A DNA stretch of 64,000 nucleotides from an uncultured delta proteobacterium (GTDB lineage: Bacteria; Desulfobacterota; Binatia; Binatales; Binataceae): assembly GCA_963765675.1 (NCBI GenBank), contig CAVXXK010000001.1, positions 1,984,001-2,048,000 on the forward strand. Reading direction: 5' to 3'. Positions 9,430 to 20,400 of the stretch are shown in pieces (the stretch's first letter is position 1; the number at the start of each line of letters is the position of its first letter). Below the pieces are notes generated by a model that did not search any database, was not told the origin of the DNA, and worked only from the letters and a program-made list of their open reading frames with translations. A program made the position numbers and the translations under genes.

Positions 9430-10658
9430 TGCTGCGTGACGTGCGCGTGCTCGAGCTCTCCGCGCCTGAGACGATGCTGGCGGGAAGTATCCTCGCCGAC
9501 CTTGGCGCCGACGTCGTTGTGATCGAGCCGCCGGGCGGAGCTCCCGGACGCCGGCTGGAGCCATTTTTGGATGAGGTTCCAGGAATCGAGCGAAGTCTGA
9601 CGTGGCATGCGCTCAATCGGAACAAACGCGCAATCACCCTCGATCTGAAAAGTAATGACGGGCGCAGCCTATTCACCGCTCTCGCTGAAAGATTCGATAT
9701 CGTTCTCGAGTCGGCGGGAGATGGCGGCCGCGCACCGCTCGACGACCTCGCGCTCAGTGCGAAAACTATTCGATGCACAGTAAGCGCGTTTGCGCGATCC
9801 GGACCGAAGAGTGAGTATTCGGCTTCCGATCTATTGGTGATGGCGTCTACCGGGACGCCTGCGATGACCGGTGATCCAGATCGGCCGCCGCTCTTCTACA
9901 GCGTTCCTCAGTCGATCATGGAAGCAGGGGCGGAGACTGCGATCGCGGCGCTCGCCTGCCTGCTGGCGCGTGATCGCGATGGCGCTGGACAGCATGCGGA
10001 GATTTCCGCGCGGATCGCCGCGATGATGAGTGCGCTCAGCGTGCCGCTTGCGGTCGGCGCCGGAAATCCGGAGTTGACGCGCTCGGGCGCGGCTGGCTTG
10101 TCGCCCGACGCGCGGATTCCGAGCATCTACGAATGCGCCGATGGCTACATGATCGTCACGGTCCCCGCGTTTGGTCCTTCGTTCGGGCCGATGACGCAGC
10201 GCTTGGCGAAATGGGCGGCGGAAGAGGGGCATCTTTCCAAGGAAATTGCGGAGGTGAACTGGATTACCTTTCTTGCCGATGTCCGCAAGAAAACCGCTTC
10301 ACTTGATCAGCTTCGCGCGCTGGTGATCGGCGTGACGTCGCTCTGCCGGAACAAGACCAAAGCGGAGCTCGGCGCGGCCGCGCGAAAACTCGGGCTGCTC
10401 GCAGCCCCGGTGATGGATATGAAAGACGTCGCCGAGTCGGAGCAGTATCGCGAACGAGGCTTGTGGACGCCGGTGAAGATTGGACCCGACGGACGCGAGA
10501 TCGATGCCCCCGCGCGGTTTGCGCAATTCTCGAATTTTTCGATCGAAACCAGAAGAGCCGCGCCCGCACTCTCTGAGCATACTGCCGAGGTTTTGAAGCT
10601 CGAAGCTGGAATCTCCTCGACCGAACTGCAATCGCTGTTCGTTCACGGGATCATCTAG
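9429..10658 (+). CDS. Class III CoA-transferase, BbsE-like (apparently non-catalytic) subunit
   Basis: LADLGADVVVIEPPGG, NRNKRAITLDL; no Asp at the expected catalytic position (PQSIMEAG). Confidence 0.85.
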   Translation: MLRDVRVLELSAPETMLAGSILADLGADVVVIEPPGGAPGRRLEPFLDEVPGIERSLTWHALNRNKRAITLDLKSNDGRSLFTALAERFDIVLESAGDGGRAPLDDLALSAKTIRCTVSAFARSGPKSEYSASDLLVMASTGTPAMTGDPDRPPLFYSVPQSIMEAGAETAIAALACLLARDRDGAGQHAEISARIAAMMSALSVPLAVGAGNPELTRSGAAGLSPDARIPSIYECADGYMIVTVPAFGPSFGPMTQRLAKWAAEEGHLSKEIAEVNWITFLADVRKKTASLDQLRALVIGVTSLCRNKTKAELGAAARKLGLLAAPVMDMKDVAESEQYRERGLWTPVKIGPDGREIDAPARFAQFSNFSIETRRAAPALSEHTAEVLKLEAGISSTELQSLFVHGII

Positions 10659-10676
10659 GAACAGGAGCGGCATGCG

Positions 10677-11888
10677 ATGAGCTCGCCACTGGAAGGCATC
10701 CACGTTCTCGACCTCAGTTGGGTGATGGTCGGGCCGGTGAGCGGCCGCTACCTGGCCGATCTTGGCGCGGACGTTATCAAGATTGAGAGTCGAGGCAGAA
10801 TTGATCCACTTCGCACGCTCGGTCCGTTCAAAGACGGCAAACCAGGTCCGGAACGTTCGGTCAGTTACCACAACCTCAATGCCGGCAAACGAAGCGCTAC
10901 GATCAATCTCAAAGCGCCGCGCGGACGCGATATCATTCTGCGTCTCGTCGATTGGGCTGACGTAGTATTGGAAAGCTTCACGCCCGGAGTGCTCGAGAGC
11001 CTCGAGCTCGACTATGAGCATCTGCGGCAGCGCAAGGGAGACATTATAATGGTGTCGACCAGCATCCTCGGGCAGACGGGGCCCTATGCGGCGGGCACCA
11101 GTGGCGTCGGTACGATGGGCGCGGCCATGTCCGGCGCGAGTTTTTTACTTGGATGGCCCGATCGGCCTCCGTTCGGCACCTTCGGTCCGTGGACCGACGG
11201 CGTCGCTCCGCGGTTTATCGTTGCGAGCATACTTGCCGCGCTTCATCGCAAATCAATTACCGGTGAAGGTTGTTATATCGACGTCGCACAGGCCGAGGCG
11301 GGTATCCAGTTCGTATCGCCGGCGTATTACGAGTATGCGGCAAACGGCGTCGTTCCGATGCGTCGCGGAACGGCAGGGTCGCCTCTCAGATCTCCGCATG
11401 GCGTCTATCCATGCTCGGGCCTGGATCGCTGGGTGGCGATCGATGCATCTCGAAGTGAGCACTGGGAAGCACTCCGCATAGCCATTGGCGGAATACTCAC
11501 AGAATCAAGATTCGATACTCTGATTGGACGGCTCCGGAATCGAGCTAAACTTGATAGTGCCATAGCGGATTGGACACGACCGCAGGATGCCGAAGTAGTT
11601 GAACGCGAGCTCCAAAGTGCGGGAGTGCCTGCTCACGTGGTCTCTCGTGGTGGCGATTTAGTACGCGATCCTCATCTGCGCGCGGCCAATCACTTTCGCA
11701 CCATCGCCGATCCGGTCATCGGCGACGCGGAAATCGAAGGGCCGCGCTTCAGGTTGTATCGCACGCCTCATGTGACTACGCGGTCGGCGCCTCGAGTCGG
11801 AGAGCATACGGGCGAGGTGCTGCGCGGCGTTTGCAAACTAACGGATGAAGAGATTGCCGAACTCGAAAAGGCTGGTGTGCTCGCCTGA
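10677..11888 (+). CDS. Class III CoA-transferase, BbsF-like catalytic subunit
   Basis: LSWVMVGP, LADLGADVIKIES, ESFTPG, GPWTDGVA (catalytic Asp). Confidence 0.9.
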   Translation: MSSPLEGIHVLDLSWVMVGPVSGRYLADLGADVIKIESRGRIDPLRTLGPFKDGKPGPERSVSYHNLNAGKRSATINLKAPRGRDIILRLVDWADVVLESFTPGVLESLELDYEHLRQRKGDIIMVSTSILGQTGPYAAGTSGVGTMGAAMSGASFLLGWPDRPPFGTFGPWTDGVAPRFIVASILAALHRKSITGEGCYIDVAQAEAGIQFVSPAYYEYAANGVVPMRRGTAGSPLRSPHGVYPCSGLDRWVAIDASRSEHWEALRIAIGGILTESRFDTLIGRLRNRAKLDSAIADWTRPQDAEVVERELQSAGVPAHVVSRGGDLVRDPHLRAANHFRTIADPVIGDAEIEGPRFRLYRTPHVTTRSAPRVGEHTGEVLRGVCKLTDEEIAELEKAGVLA

Positions 11889-11937
11889 CTGATTTCACAC
11901 ATCGATCGAGCTTCTACTTCAAACGGGAGGCCATCAA

Positions 11938-12729
11938 TTGGCTAATAACATTCTCGATCTAAAGGGACGAATCGGACTGGTGACTGGCGCGGGACAAGGA
12001 GTTGGCCGCGCCGTGGCGTTGCGGTTCGCGGAGAACAACGCGGGCGGTGTCGTTGTCAACGATTTCCGCCTTGAACGCGCATCAGCGGTCGCGGCGGAAG
12101 TCGAAGAGCTCGGCGTCAAGGCGTTGCCCGTTCAATGCGACGTAACTGATTTCAGTTCGGTGACGGCAATGTTCGAACAGGCAAAGGCGAAGTTCGGGTC
12201 AGTCGATATCCTTGTCAACAACGCAGGTAACGCCGGTGCCGACCCGAGTGCGGTCGCGCGCAAGCCGTTCTGGGAGCAGGAGCCAAAGGACTGGCAACCT
12301 TTTCTCGGCACCAACCTGTTCGGGGTGTTGAATTGCGTACGAATCGCCGGAGCTGAGATGATCAAGCGCGGCTACGGCAAAATCGTCACGGTAATTTCTG
12401 ACGCGGGCAGAGTCGGCGAGCCGCGCCTGGAAATTTATTCCGGCGCAAAAGCCGGAGCGGCAGGATTCATGCGGGCGGTCGCAAAGAATGCGGGCCGTTA
12501 CAATGTCACCGCAAATTGTGTCGCGCTTGGCGCGACGCGCACGCCAGCTACCGAACGCGGCATGTCCGATCCGGAAGCGCTCAAGCGGATTCTTAAGGTA
12601 TACCAGATTAAACGCATCGGCGAGCCGGAGGATGCGGCCAATATGATCCTGTTTCTCAGCTCGGATGCCTCAAGCTGGATCACCGGCCAAACCATTCCGG
12701 TCAACGGCGGTTATTCCTTCGCAGTATAA
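11938..12729 (+). CDS. SDR family oxidoreductase
   Basis: TGAGQGVG, VNNAG, ISDAGRVGE, YSGAK. Confidence 0.92.
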   Translation: MANNILDLKGRIGLVTGAGQGVGRAVALRFAENNAGGVVVNDFRLERASAVAAEVEELGVKALPVQCDVTDFSSVTAMFEQAKAKFGSVDILVNNAGNAGADPSAVARKPFWEQEPKDWQPFLGTNLFGVLNCVRIAGAEMIKRGYGKIVTVISDAGRVGEPRLEIYSGAKAGAAGFMRAVAKNAGRYNVTANCVALGATRTPATERGMSDPEALKRILKVYQIKRIGEPEDAANMILFLSSDASSWITGQTIPVNGGYSFAV

Positions 12730-12753
12730 CCTGCGATCATCAGGAGAATCCGT

Positions 12754-13575
12754 ATGAACTACGAAACAATCATTCTGGAGTGCAGGGACGGAATTGGCTA
12801 TTTGACGCTGAATCGTCCCGAGCGGGCAAATACTATCAGTTTCCAGCTCGCTCAAGAGGTCGTCCATGCGATGGAGGTAGTCGAAGCGAGCCCCGAATAC
12901 CGAGTGGTGATCATCACTGGAGCGGGCACGCGTCACTTTTGCGGAGGCGCGGATCTCCGTGATATGGCGCGTCGCGCCAGCGAGTCGCGAGCGAGTGGTG
13001 CACAGACCAAGAGCGCCGAGCGGCGAGGGCTGCCTTTAAAGGATATGTTCAGCGCCATCGAAGACTCGCGCGTTCCGGTGATCGCCGCGATCAATGGCGC
13101 CGCGATGGGAGGAGGATGCGAAATCGCGCTCGCTTGCGACATTCGCGTGATGGCTGACACGGCGACGATCGGTCTTCCTGAGATTCGTTTCGGCGCGCTT
13201 CCCGCAGGCGGAGGAACGCAGCGTCTTCCACGATTGGTTGGTCCCGGTATCGCCAAGGAAATGATTTTTAGCGGGCTTCCATGGTCGGTCGAAGACGCAT
13301 TGCGTGTCGGTCTCATCAATCGGAGTGCGCCTGCCGCCGATCTGATCAGCAACTGCGAGAAGATAGCCAAGGTCTACATCGAGCGCGCAGGTTACGCTCT
13401 CAAGGCGGCGAAGGCATTGATCAATCGAGGCGTCGAACTGCCGTTGCAAGAAGGGCTCGCGCTCGAGCGCGAGATGATCGCGCAGATGGCGACCCCCGAA
13501 GAGCGCCGAAAGGCGCAGGAGCAGGCGGCGGCCACGCAGAAAACCTATGCACGAATCTTCGGCGATCGATCTTGA
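12754..13575 (+). CDS. Enoyl-CoA hydratase/isomerase
   Basis: LNRPERAN, FCGGADL, GGGCEIALACD, GLPEI (both catalytic Glu present). Confidence 0.93.
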   Translation: MNYETIILECRDGIGYLTLNRPERANTISFQLAQEVVHAMEVVEASPEYRVVIITGAGTRHFCGGADLRDMARRASESRASGAQTKSAERRGLPLKDMFSAIEDSRVPVIAAINGAAMGGGCEIALACDIRVMADTATIGLPEIRFGALPAGGGTQRLPRLVGPGIAKEMIFSGLPWSVEDALRVGLINRSAPAADLISNCEKIAKVYIERAGYALKAAKALINRGVELPLQEGLALEREMIAQMATPEERRKAQEQAAATQKTYARIFGDRS

Positions 13576-13587
13576 GGGCGGTGCTGA

Positions 13588-16209
13588 TCAGCTCTGGTGC
13601 GGTTGTTTTGTCTCCGAGAGCAACGGCTCGAGCCGATGGATCGATTCCTCCAGGCTCGCATGTTTCGTTAGCGCTTCGAGGAAAGGATCCCGTCTCAACC
13701 GCGTCATTCGTGCCACCATGTTCTTGATATTGTACGAGACTGGATCGAGAGTCGGTTTGAGTTCCGCCCAACTCAATGGCGCCGAGACCGGCGCCCCCGG
13801 AACCGGACGCACTGAGAATGGAGCCGCGATAGTTTTGCCATGGCCGAGCTGTAGATAGTCAATATACACTCGGCCTTTCCGGGTGCCTGGATTCCGATTG
13901 ATCGTGGCAATTTCAGGAATTCTATCTACGACTGCCTGCGCAACCAGTTCAGAGAACATCCTGGCCTGTTCGTAAGTATATTTCGGCGCCAGTCCGACTA
14001 CCACGTGAAGGCCCATCTGGCCCGAGGTTTTCAGGCACGGTTCCAACCCCACCTCACGCAGGATGCCAGCCACTTCCTCCGCGACCTGTACCGCCGCACG
14101 CGTCGTCGAACCTTTGGGGTCGATGTCAAACAGCAGCCAATCAGGATGTTCGAGACTCGTGACGCGCGAGGACCAGATATGAATTGTGATCGCGGCTAGA
14201 TTAGCTACATAGGCAATAGCCTCTTCGCTGTCTAATATAAAATAGGCTATTTCCCGCTGCGAGTCCTCGGAATAGATCTTTGCAGTCCGAATCCAGGACG
14301 GGACGAAGGTGGGCGCATCTTTCTGATAGAACATCTTGCCTTCGATGCCGTCGGGAAAGCGCGTCAGCATCACAGGGCGATCCTTCAGATACGGCAGCAT
14401 CCACTTTGAAATCGACCGATAGTAGGCGACCAAATCACCCTTGGTATATCTCTCCTTTGGCCAGAACACTTTCTCGGGGTTGGTTACCGTGGCGATTGGC
14501 TGTTCAATCTTCCCATTACGCTCCAGACCGCCGAGTTCCTCAGTCGGCTTGATATCAGCGATCGCTTCTTTCGCGGTGATCGAGAGCGCGTCAGGGCCCT
14601 TGTAGACGCATTGGCAAGGGTCGCCTTTTTCGACGAGCCCCAGGAAGCTCGCCTGCCGTACACCGCCGTGGTCGGTCCACTCGCTGAACCTGATCCTGGC
14701 AACCAACTCCGGCCGGACGAAGCGTGCGCCCTTTTCCGTAGCGGGCTCCCCGGTCAGGGGCTTTCGGAACGGCGAGGCAGATTGAGCGCGCTCCAGCAGC
14801 ATCGCGTGGATCTTGCGCAGCACGTCGCGATTGAATCCGGTGCCGACCTTGTCCGTGTATCGCAATGTGCCTCCCGCTTCGTACTGGCCCAGTAGCAGCG
14901 CGCCGAAGTGGGTTCGTGTACCTCCAGGATCGGTGTAGCCGCCGATTACGAAATTTTGGACGAGCGGGCATTTGATCTTGAGCCAATCTCCGTTGCGCGC
15001 GCCGCGATACGGTGCATTGCGGAGTTTGGCAATCATTCCTTCCAGCTGATTCTCGGCGACGGCGTGATAAAAATCTGTTCCACGAGCGACCACGTGGTCG
15101 CAGTAGCGTACCGGCCCGTCGCCCATAATCAATTCGCTGAGCAATTGCTTGCGTTGCTCGGTTGGGAGAGCGCGGGTGTCGTAGTTATCAAACGCCAGGA
15201 GATCGAACACGAAATAGCGGACCGGAACCGCGTAGCTGAGCCGCGCGATCTGGCGCTGGTCGTTGACGTGCATTCTCGTCTGCAAGAGCTGAAAGTCCGG
15301 ATGTCCCTCGTCGTTAATCGCCACGATTTCTCCATCGACGACGAAGCGATCGAAAGGATGAGCTTTCAGCGCCAGCACTACTTCCGGGTAACGATTGGTA
15401 ATATCAGTTCCGCTGCGGGCGAATAGCTGGATCGAACCCGCGTCGCGGATAGCCAGCGCTCTCACGCCGTCGTACTTGACCTCGAATAGCCACTTCTCGC
15501 TGTCGAAGGGCTTCTCTGCCAGCTTCGCTAGCATCAGGGGAAAATCCGCGCGGCGCAATGCCTTGGAGAATTCGCCCAGATGCTGCCGCGCGAGGTACGC
15601 GGCGACTTTGCGGCCCGCGCCGGGAGCGTCGCGCATCTCTTCGATCGTGAGCCCGGACAATACCGAGCGTGGATGCGCTGCCAATACGTCGTCGGAGCTG
15701 GCGAATTCATCGCGCTTCTTGATCAGAAGCCAATTCTTCCTGTCTTTCGGATCGGAGGTCCGGCGTCCTCCCGTTCGGACCAGCGTGTATGCGCCGTTCA
15801 GCTTGAACCCGCGCAGTACTATGTCGAGCTTGCCTGCACGGACCGCGTCGGCCGCGTTGCCCGTAAAATCCTGCGCGCTCCACTCGCCGCGGTCCCACAC
15901 GATCACCGCGCCGGCGCCATAGTTGCCTTCGGGAATCACGCCTTCGAAGTCGCCGTACTCCAACGGATGATCTTCAACCGCGACCGCAAGATGCTTGTCG
16001 GCTGGATTCAGCGAAGGACCTTTTGGCACCGCCCACGAACGCAGAACTCCCTCCATCTCAAGTCGGAAGTCATAATGCAGACGGCGCGCGGCGTGCTTTT
16101 GGACGACAAAGATTCCGCGCGCCTGCGAACCATGCGCGCGGACAGCACCGCCAAACGGCTCCGGCGTGCGATCTGCACTCCGTTTGCTGCGATATTTGCC
16201 TAACGGCAT
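13588..16209 (-). CDS. ligD: DNA ligase D (phosphoesterase-ligase-polymerase), NHEJ
   Basis: FVVQKHAARRLHYDFRLE (PE), EVKYDG (ligase), FDIDP/KTSG/IDYLQ (POL). Confidence 0.96.
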   Translation of the reverse strand: MPLGKYRSKRSADRTPEPFGGAVRAHGSQARGIFVVQKHAARRLHYDFRLEMEGVLRSWAVPKGPSLNPADKHLAVAVEDHPLEYGDFEGVIPEGNYGAGAVIVWDRGEWSAQDFTGNAADAVRAGKLDIVLRGFKLNGAYTLVRTGGRRTSDPKDRKNWLLIKKRDEFASSDDVLAAHPRSVLSGLTIEEMRDAPGAGRKVAAYLARQHLGEFSKALRRADFPLMLAKLAEKPFDSEKWLFEVKYDGVRALAIRDAGSIQLFARSGTDITNRYPEVVLALKAHPFDRFVVDGEIVAINDEGHPDFQLLQTRMHVNDQRQIARLSYAVPVRYFVFDLLAFDNYDTRALPTEQRKQLLSELIMGDGPVRYCDHVVARGTDFYHAVAENQLEGMIAKLRNAPYRGARNGDWLKIKCPLVQNFVIGGYTDPGGTRTHFGALLLGQYEAGGTLRYTDKVGTGFNRDVLRKIHAMLLERAQSASPFRKPLTGEPATEKGARFVRPELVARIRFSEWTDHGGVRQASFLGLVEKGDPCQCVYKGPDALSITAKEAIADIKPTEELGGLERNGKIEQPIATVTNPEKVFWPKERYTKGDLVAYYRSISKWMLPYLKDRPVMLTRFPDGIEGKMFYQKDAPTFVPSWIRTAKIYSEDSQREIAYFILDSEEAIAYVANLAAITIHIWSSRVTSLEHPDWLLFDIDPKGSTTRAAVQVAEEVAGILREVGLEPCLKTSGQMGLHVVVGLAPKYTYEQARMFSELVAQAVVDRIPEIATINRNPGTRKGRVYIDYLQLGHGKTIAAPFSVRPVPGAPVSAPLSWAELKPTLDPVSYNIKNMVARMTRLRRDPFLEALTKHASLEESIHRLEPLLSETKQPHQS

Positions 16210-16292
16210 CGACGGAACTATTCGAGAGGCAAAAGCGGCCGCGATCCTAATCGACTGGCGCGCGTGCGAGGTGACGCCGGAGGGCGCCGGCT

Positions 16293-17174
16293 CTAGCGGG
16301 AGCGGCGCGTGCGAGGTGCCCTGCGCGATCCCTGAGCCGCTTTGCGTTCTGCCGGTTCGGCGGCTTCCTCATCTTCCTTGCGATCCGCTCCGATCGGAAC
16401 GCCTCGCTTCTTGAGTGATTGCTTCAGAGCGCTCATCAGATCGATCACCTGTCCCTTGCGCACTTCGGGTGCGGACTCTGTGACCTCATGACCGGCCATC
16501 TTCTGTTCGGCCGCCTCGATTACACGCTCGCGGTAAGTATCCTTGTATTTTTCCGGATTGAACTTTTTTTCTGTCAGGTCCGCGATCAATCGCTGCGCGA
16601 GGTTCAGTTCCGATTCCTTGACCGGCGCGTCAGCGCCATGATCGATCTCTTTGAACGAGCGCACCTCGTCCGCGTAGTACATCGTATGAAGCATCAGGCC
16701 CTTTTCGAACGGCCGGATCAAAACCAGCCGCTCTTTGCCGCGCATGGTAAACTTTGCCACTCCGACGCGATTGGCATTAGCCATTGCTTCCCTGAGCAGG
16801 TGATAGGCTTTGGCTGAGGTCGGCTCGCATCCAAGCAGATATGAGTTTTCGAAATAGACCGGATCGACTTCGGTGACGGGAATGAATTCGGCGATCTCGA
16901 CTGCGTGATCGGCCTGCGCCTCGAGCTTCTTCAATTCCTCGTCGGTGAACGTGACGTATTTACCTTTCTCGACTTCATAGCCGCGCACCAGTTCGCTGCG
17001 ATCGATGATCTGCTCTTCCACCGGACAAAAGATCTTTTCCTGGATTCGGCTCTTATCTTTGGCGTGTAGCAGATTAAACCTGACCGTCCTGGAACTGGTC
17101 GCCGGAAACAGGCGTACCGGAATCGAGACCAGCCCAAAGGTCAGGCTGGCGGTTGATAGTGAACGAGGCGGCAT
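16293..17174 (-). CDS. ku: Ku protein, NHEJ
   Basis: LTFGLVSIPV, ELVRGYE, VDPVYFE, VIDLMSALKQSL; GGAGG SD before ATG 17174. Confidence 0.95.
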   Translation of the reverse strand: MPPRSLSTASLTFGLVSIPVRLFPATSSRTVRFNLLHAKDKSRIQEKIFCPVEEQIIDRSELVRGYEVEKGKYVTFTDEELKKLEAQADHAVEIAEFIPVTEVDPVYFENSYLLGCEPTSAKAYHLLREAMANANRVGVAKFTMRGKERLVLIRPFEKGLMLHTMYYADEVRSFKEIDHGADAPVKESELNLAQRLIADLTEKKFNPEKYKDTYRERVIEAAEQKMAGHEVTESAPEVRKGQVIDLMSALKQSLKKRGVPIGADRKEDEEAAEPAERKAAQGSRRAPRTRRSR

Positions 17175-17402
17175 CGCGGAATCCTCCAAGTGAACTCGGA
17201 TGGAATCGTATAGCTCTTGAAGCTAGCTATTCCAACTAGGCCCCGGAATTAATTTACTCGTACGCGCTTTGCGAGATGCAAGCAAATTTCGTTCAATCGT
17301 CATGCCACCTTGGAGAATCAGAATCGAGCAACCTTTTGCTGCATCTTCGCATGTTATCTCGGCTTCGCCTTTTCTTCGTCGCCAAGGAGCATGAAGATTC
17401 GA

Positions 17403-20400
17403 CTATCCGAGCACGACGCGGACATGGTGAATTGCGCCGTCGTCCGCAAGGCGAATCTGCCGCGCCTGGATCTCCTTGCCGTCGAGCTCCAGAAGGCTGA
17501 CGCCTCGGCTGACTCGACGCGGGTTCTCGACCGAGATCTCGTAGCGGGCGGAGTGATACTTGAACGTGATTTCGTAGCCGCGCCAGCCACTCGGTATCGA
17601 CGGATCGAGCAGCAGCGTTTCGCCTCGAAGACGAAATCCGAGTATCCATTCGAGCCCCGTTCTATACATCCATCCAGCCGAGCCGGTGTACCACGTCCAT
17701 CCCCCCCGTCCGACGTTGGGAGAGGTCGAGTATATGTCGGCGGAGACAACGTAGGGCTCCACCTTATAACGATGCATGCTCGCGCGCGTGTTCGAATGAT
17801 TGATCGGGTTCAAAATCGAGAATAGCTCAGCCGCTTTGTCTCCGTCACCGAGCATCGCGAATCCGATCACTGACCACAGAGCAGCTTGTGTGTATTGGCC
17901 GCCGTTTTCACGAAGCCCCGGTGGATAGCCTTTGATATATCCCGGATCGAGCGGAGTGTGATCGAACGGCGGCGTGAATAACAAAACCAAGCCACCGTCG
18001 CGTCCAACCAGATACTCATCAACCGCCGCCATCGCGATGGCGGCGCGAGCCGGATTCGCCGCGCCCGAGATGACGCCCCATGATTGCGCGATCGAATCGA
18101 TGCGGCATTCGAGGCTCGAGGCGGAACCTATCGGTGTACCGTCGTCGAAGTAGGCGCGCCGGTACCAACCGCCATCCCATCCTTCGCGATCGAGCGCGCC
18201 CCGCAACTTCGCTGCATGATGCCGCCAGATTGTGGCCCGGGACTGATCTCCGCGCTCCTGCGCCAATTGTGCGAACGATGACAGCGCATCGAACAGGAAC
18301 CATCCGAGCCAGATGCTCTCGCCGCGGCCGGCGTCGCCGACCCGGTTCATTCCGTCGTTCCAGTCTCCCGAGCCGATCAGCGGCAAGCCGTGGATTCCGA
18401 CTGCGAGGCTGACGTCGAGCGCGCGCGCGCAGTGTTCATAGAGAGAGGCGTGCTCATCGGAAACGGTAGGCAGAAAGTACGCTTCGTCTTCACCAGCGTG
18501 CAGAGCGGGACCCTCGAGGAATGGAACCGTCTCCCCGAGAATAGCGTGATCGTTAGTCACTTCGACGTAGTGAGCAACGGCATAAGGCAGCCAAATGCGG
18601 TTGTCGGAAATCCGCGTGCGCACGCCCTGGCCCGACGGCGGAAGCCACCAATGTTGAACATCACCCTCGGTGAACTGCCGCGATGCTGCGCGCAGCAAGT
18701 GTTCTTTCATGATCGCGGGCCGCGGCACCGCCAGCGCCATCACGTCCTGAAGCTGATCGCGAAAGCCGTACGCTCCGCTGGCCTGGTAGAACGCGGAGCG
18801 CGCCCATACCCGGCATGAGAGGGTCTGATAGAGCAGCCACCGGTTGAGCATGATGTCGACGGAGCGATCCGGGGTCTTCACCTGGACCGTGCCGAGGACG
18901 TCGTCCCATTGACGCGTGATCGTGGCGCGGACCGCGTCGAGATCGGCCTTGCGATATTTGGCGATTATGGATATCGCATCCGGCCTGGTTGCCGCTTCGC
19001 CCAGGAAGAAAACTATTTCGGTGGTACCATTTGCCTTGAGCTCGACACGAGTCTGAAGAGCGCCGCACGGATCAAGCGCGGCGCCTACTCGATTGGACAA
19101 TGGCGCGGCGCCGGCCAGCGCGGCAGGATTGTCGAGACTTCCGTTGCGTCCGAGAAATTCGGTGCGGTCGCCGGTCCACGAGAGTTGATTGCCGCCTAAG
19201 TCCGCGAACGCCACTCGCGTGCCGTATTCGATGCTGTAGGAGTTCCGCGCGAGCATCGCGTGGCTGGCGGAATCGATCTCGGTCACGATGAACGGCGCCG
19301 ACGCGCCGCGCGCCGTTCCGAGCACCCATTCGACGTACGCGGTGACGGCAAGCCGCCGTGAACGCGCCTGCAAGTTGCGGATTTTCAGGCGCGAGATTTT
19401 GATCGAGTCGTCGATTGGTACGAACTGCTCGAGCTCGAGCGAAACTCCGTGCGACGTATGCTCGAAGACGGTGTAGCCCTGGCCGTGGCGGACCGAATAT
19501 GACGCCGGCTCCTCGCGAATCGGCAATGCGGTCGGACTCCAGAGCTCATTGGTGTCTTCGTCGCGAACGTAGATCACTTCGCCGGGCCGGTCGCCGACCG
19601 GATCGTTCGACCACGGCGTGATTTGGTTCTCCTTGCTGTTGATCGACCAGGTGTACCCCGCGCCTTCGACCGAGACCTGGAATCCGAACGAGGGATTGGC
19701 GATCACGTTGATCCACGGCGCCGGTGTCCACTGTCCCTCACCGAGAATGGTCACGTACTCGCGTCCATCGGCGGTAAAGCCGCCCAGGCCGTTGAAAAAT
19801 TCGAGCGCGGGCCGCGGCGGCGAGGCTCCCGTCTGCCGGATCATCGGCGCGCGGCGCAGCGGAGGCGCGGCTGCTGGCAGGATCATCTCAAGACGTTTGA
19901 GTTGTTGAGAGAGGGTGCCGCGCCGGCTGAGCAATACCGCACGCGCTACGGCCGGAAGAATATTCCGCACTTCGGCCGAAACCAGGTCGGCGCGCAGAAC
20001 GAATACTCTTCCGCGTGCGGCTCCGTCACCCGACGGACGCGCCTGGTTCGCACGCACCAGACCCTCGAGCCCGCTTTGCAAATCCTGATCGTAGGAAGGC
20101 GGCCGTTCATTCATGATCACGAGATCGACGTCGAAATGCTTCATCCGCCAATAATCGTGGGCGCGCACCAGCTCACGCACGATTTCCAGGTCTTCGGCCT
20201 CGTCTATCCGAACCAGCACGATCGGAAGATCGCCCGAGATTCCGCTGGACCAGAGCTTGGACTGTCCGCCCTCGTTTCGCTTCAAGACCTCGGCCGATGG
20301 CCGCAGCGTCGGATCGGAGTAGAACACGCGATTCGCCAGGCGCTGGAACAGATGCGCCTCGTCGGAGCCAACTCTCAGATGATGGAGCTGAACTTGCGCC

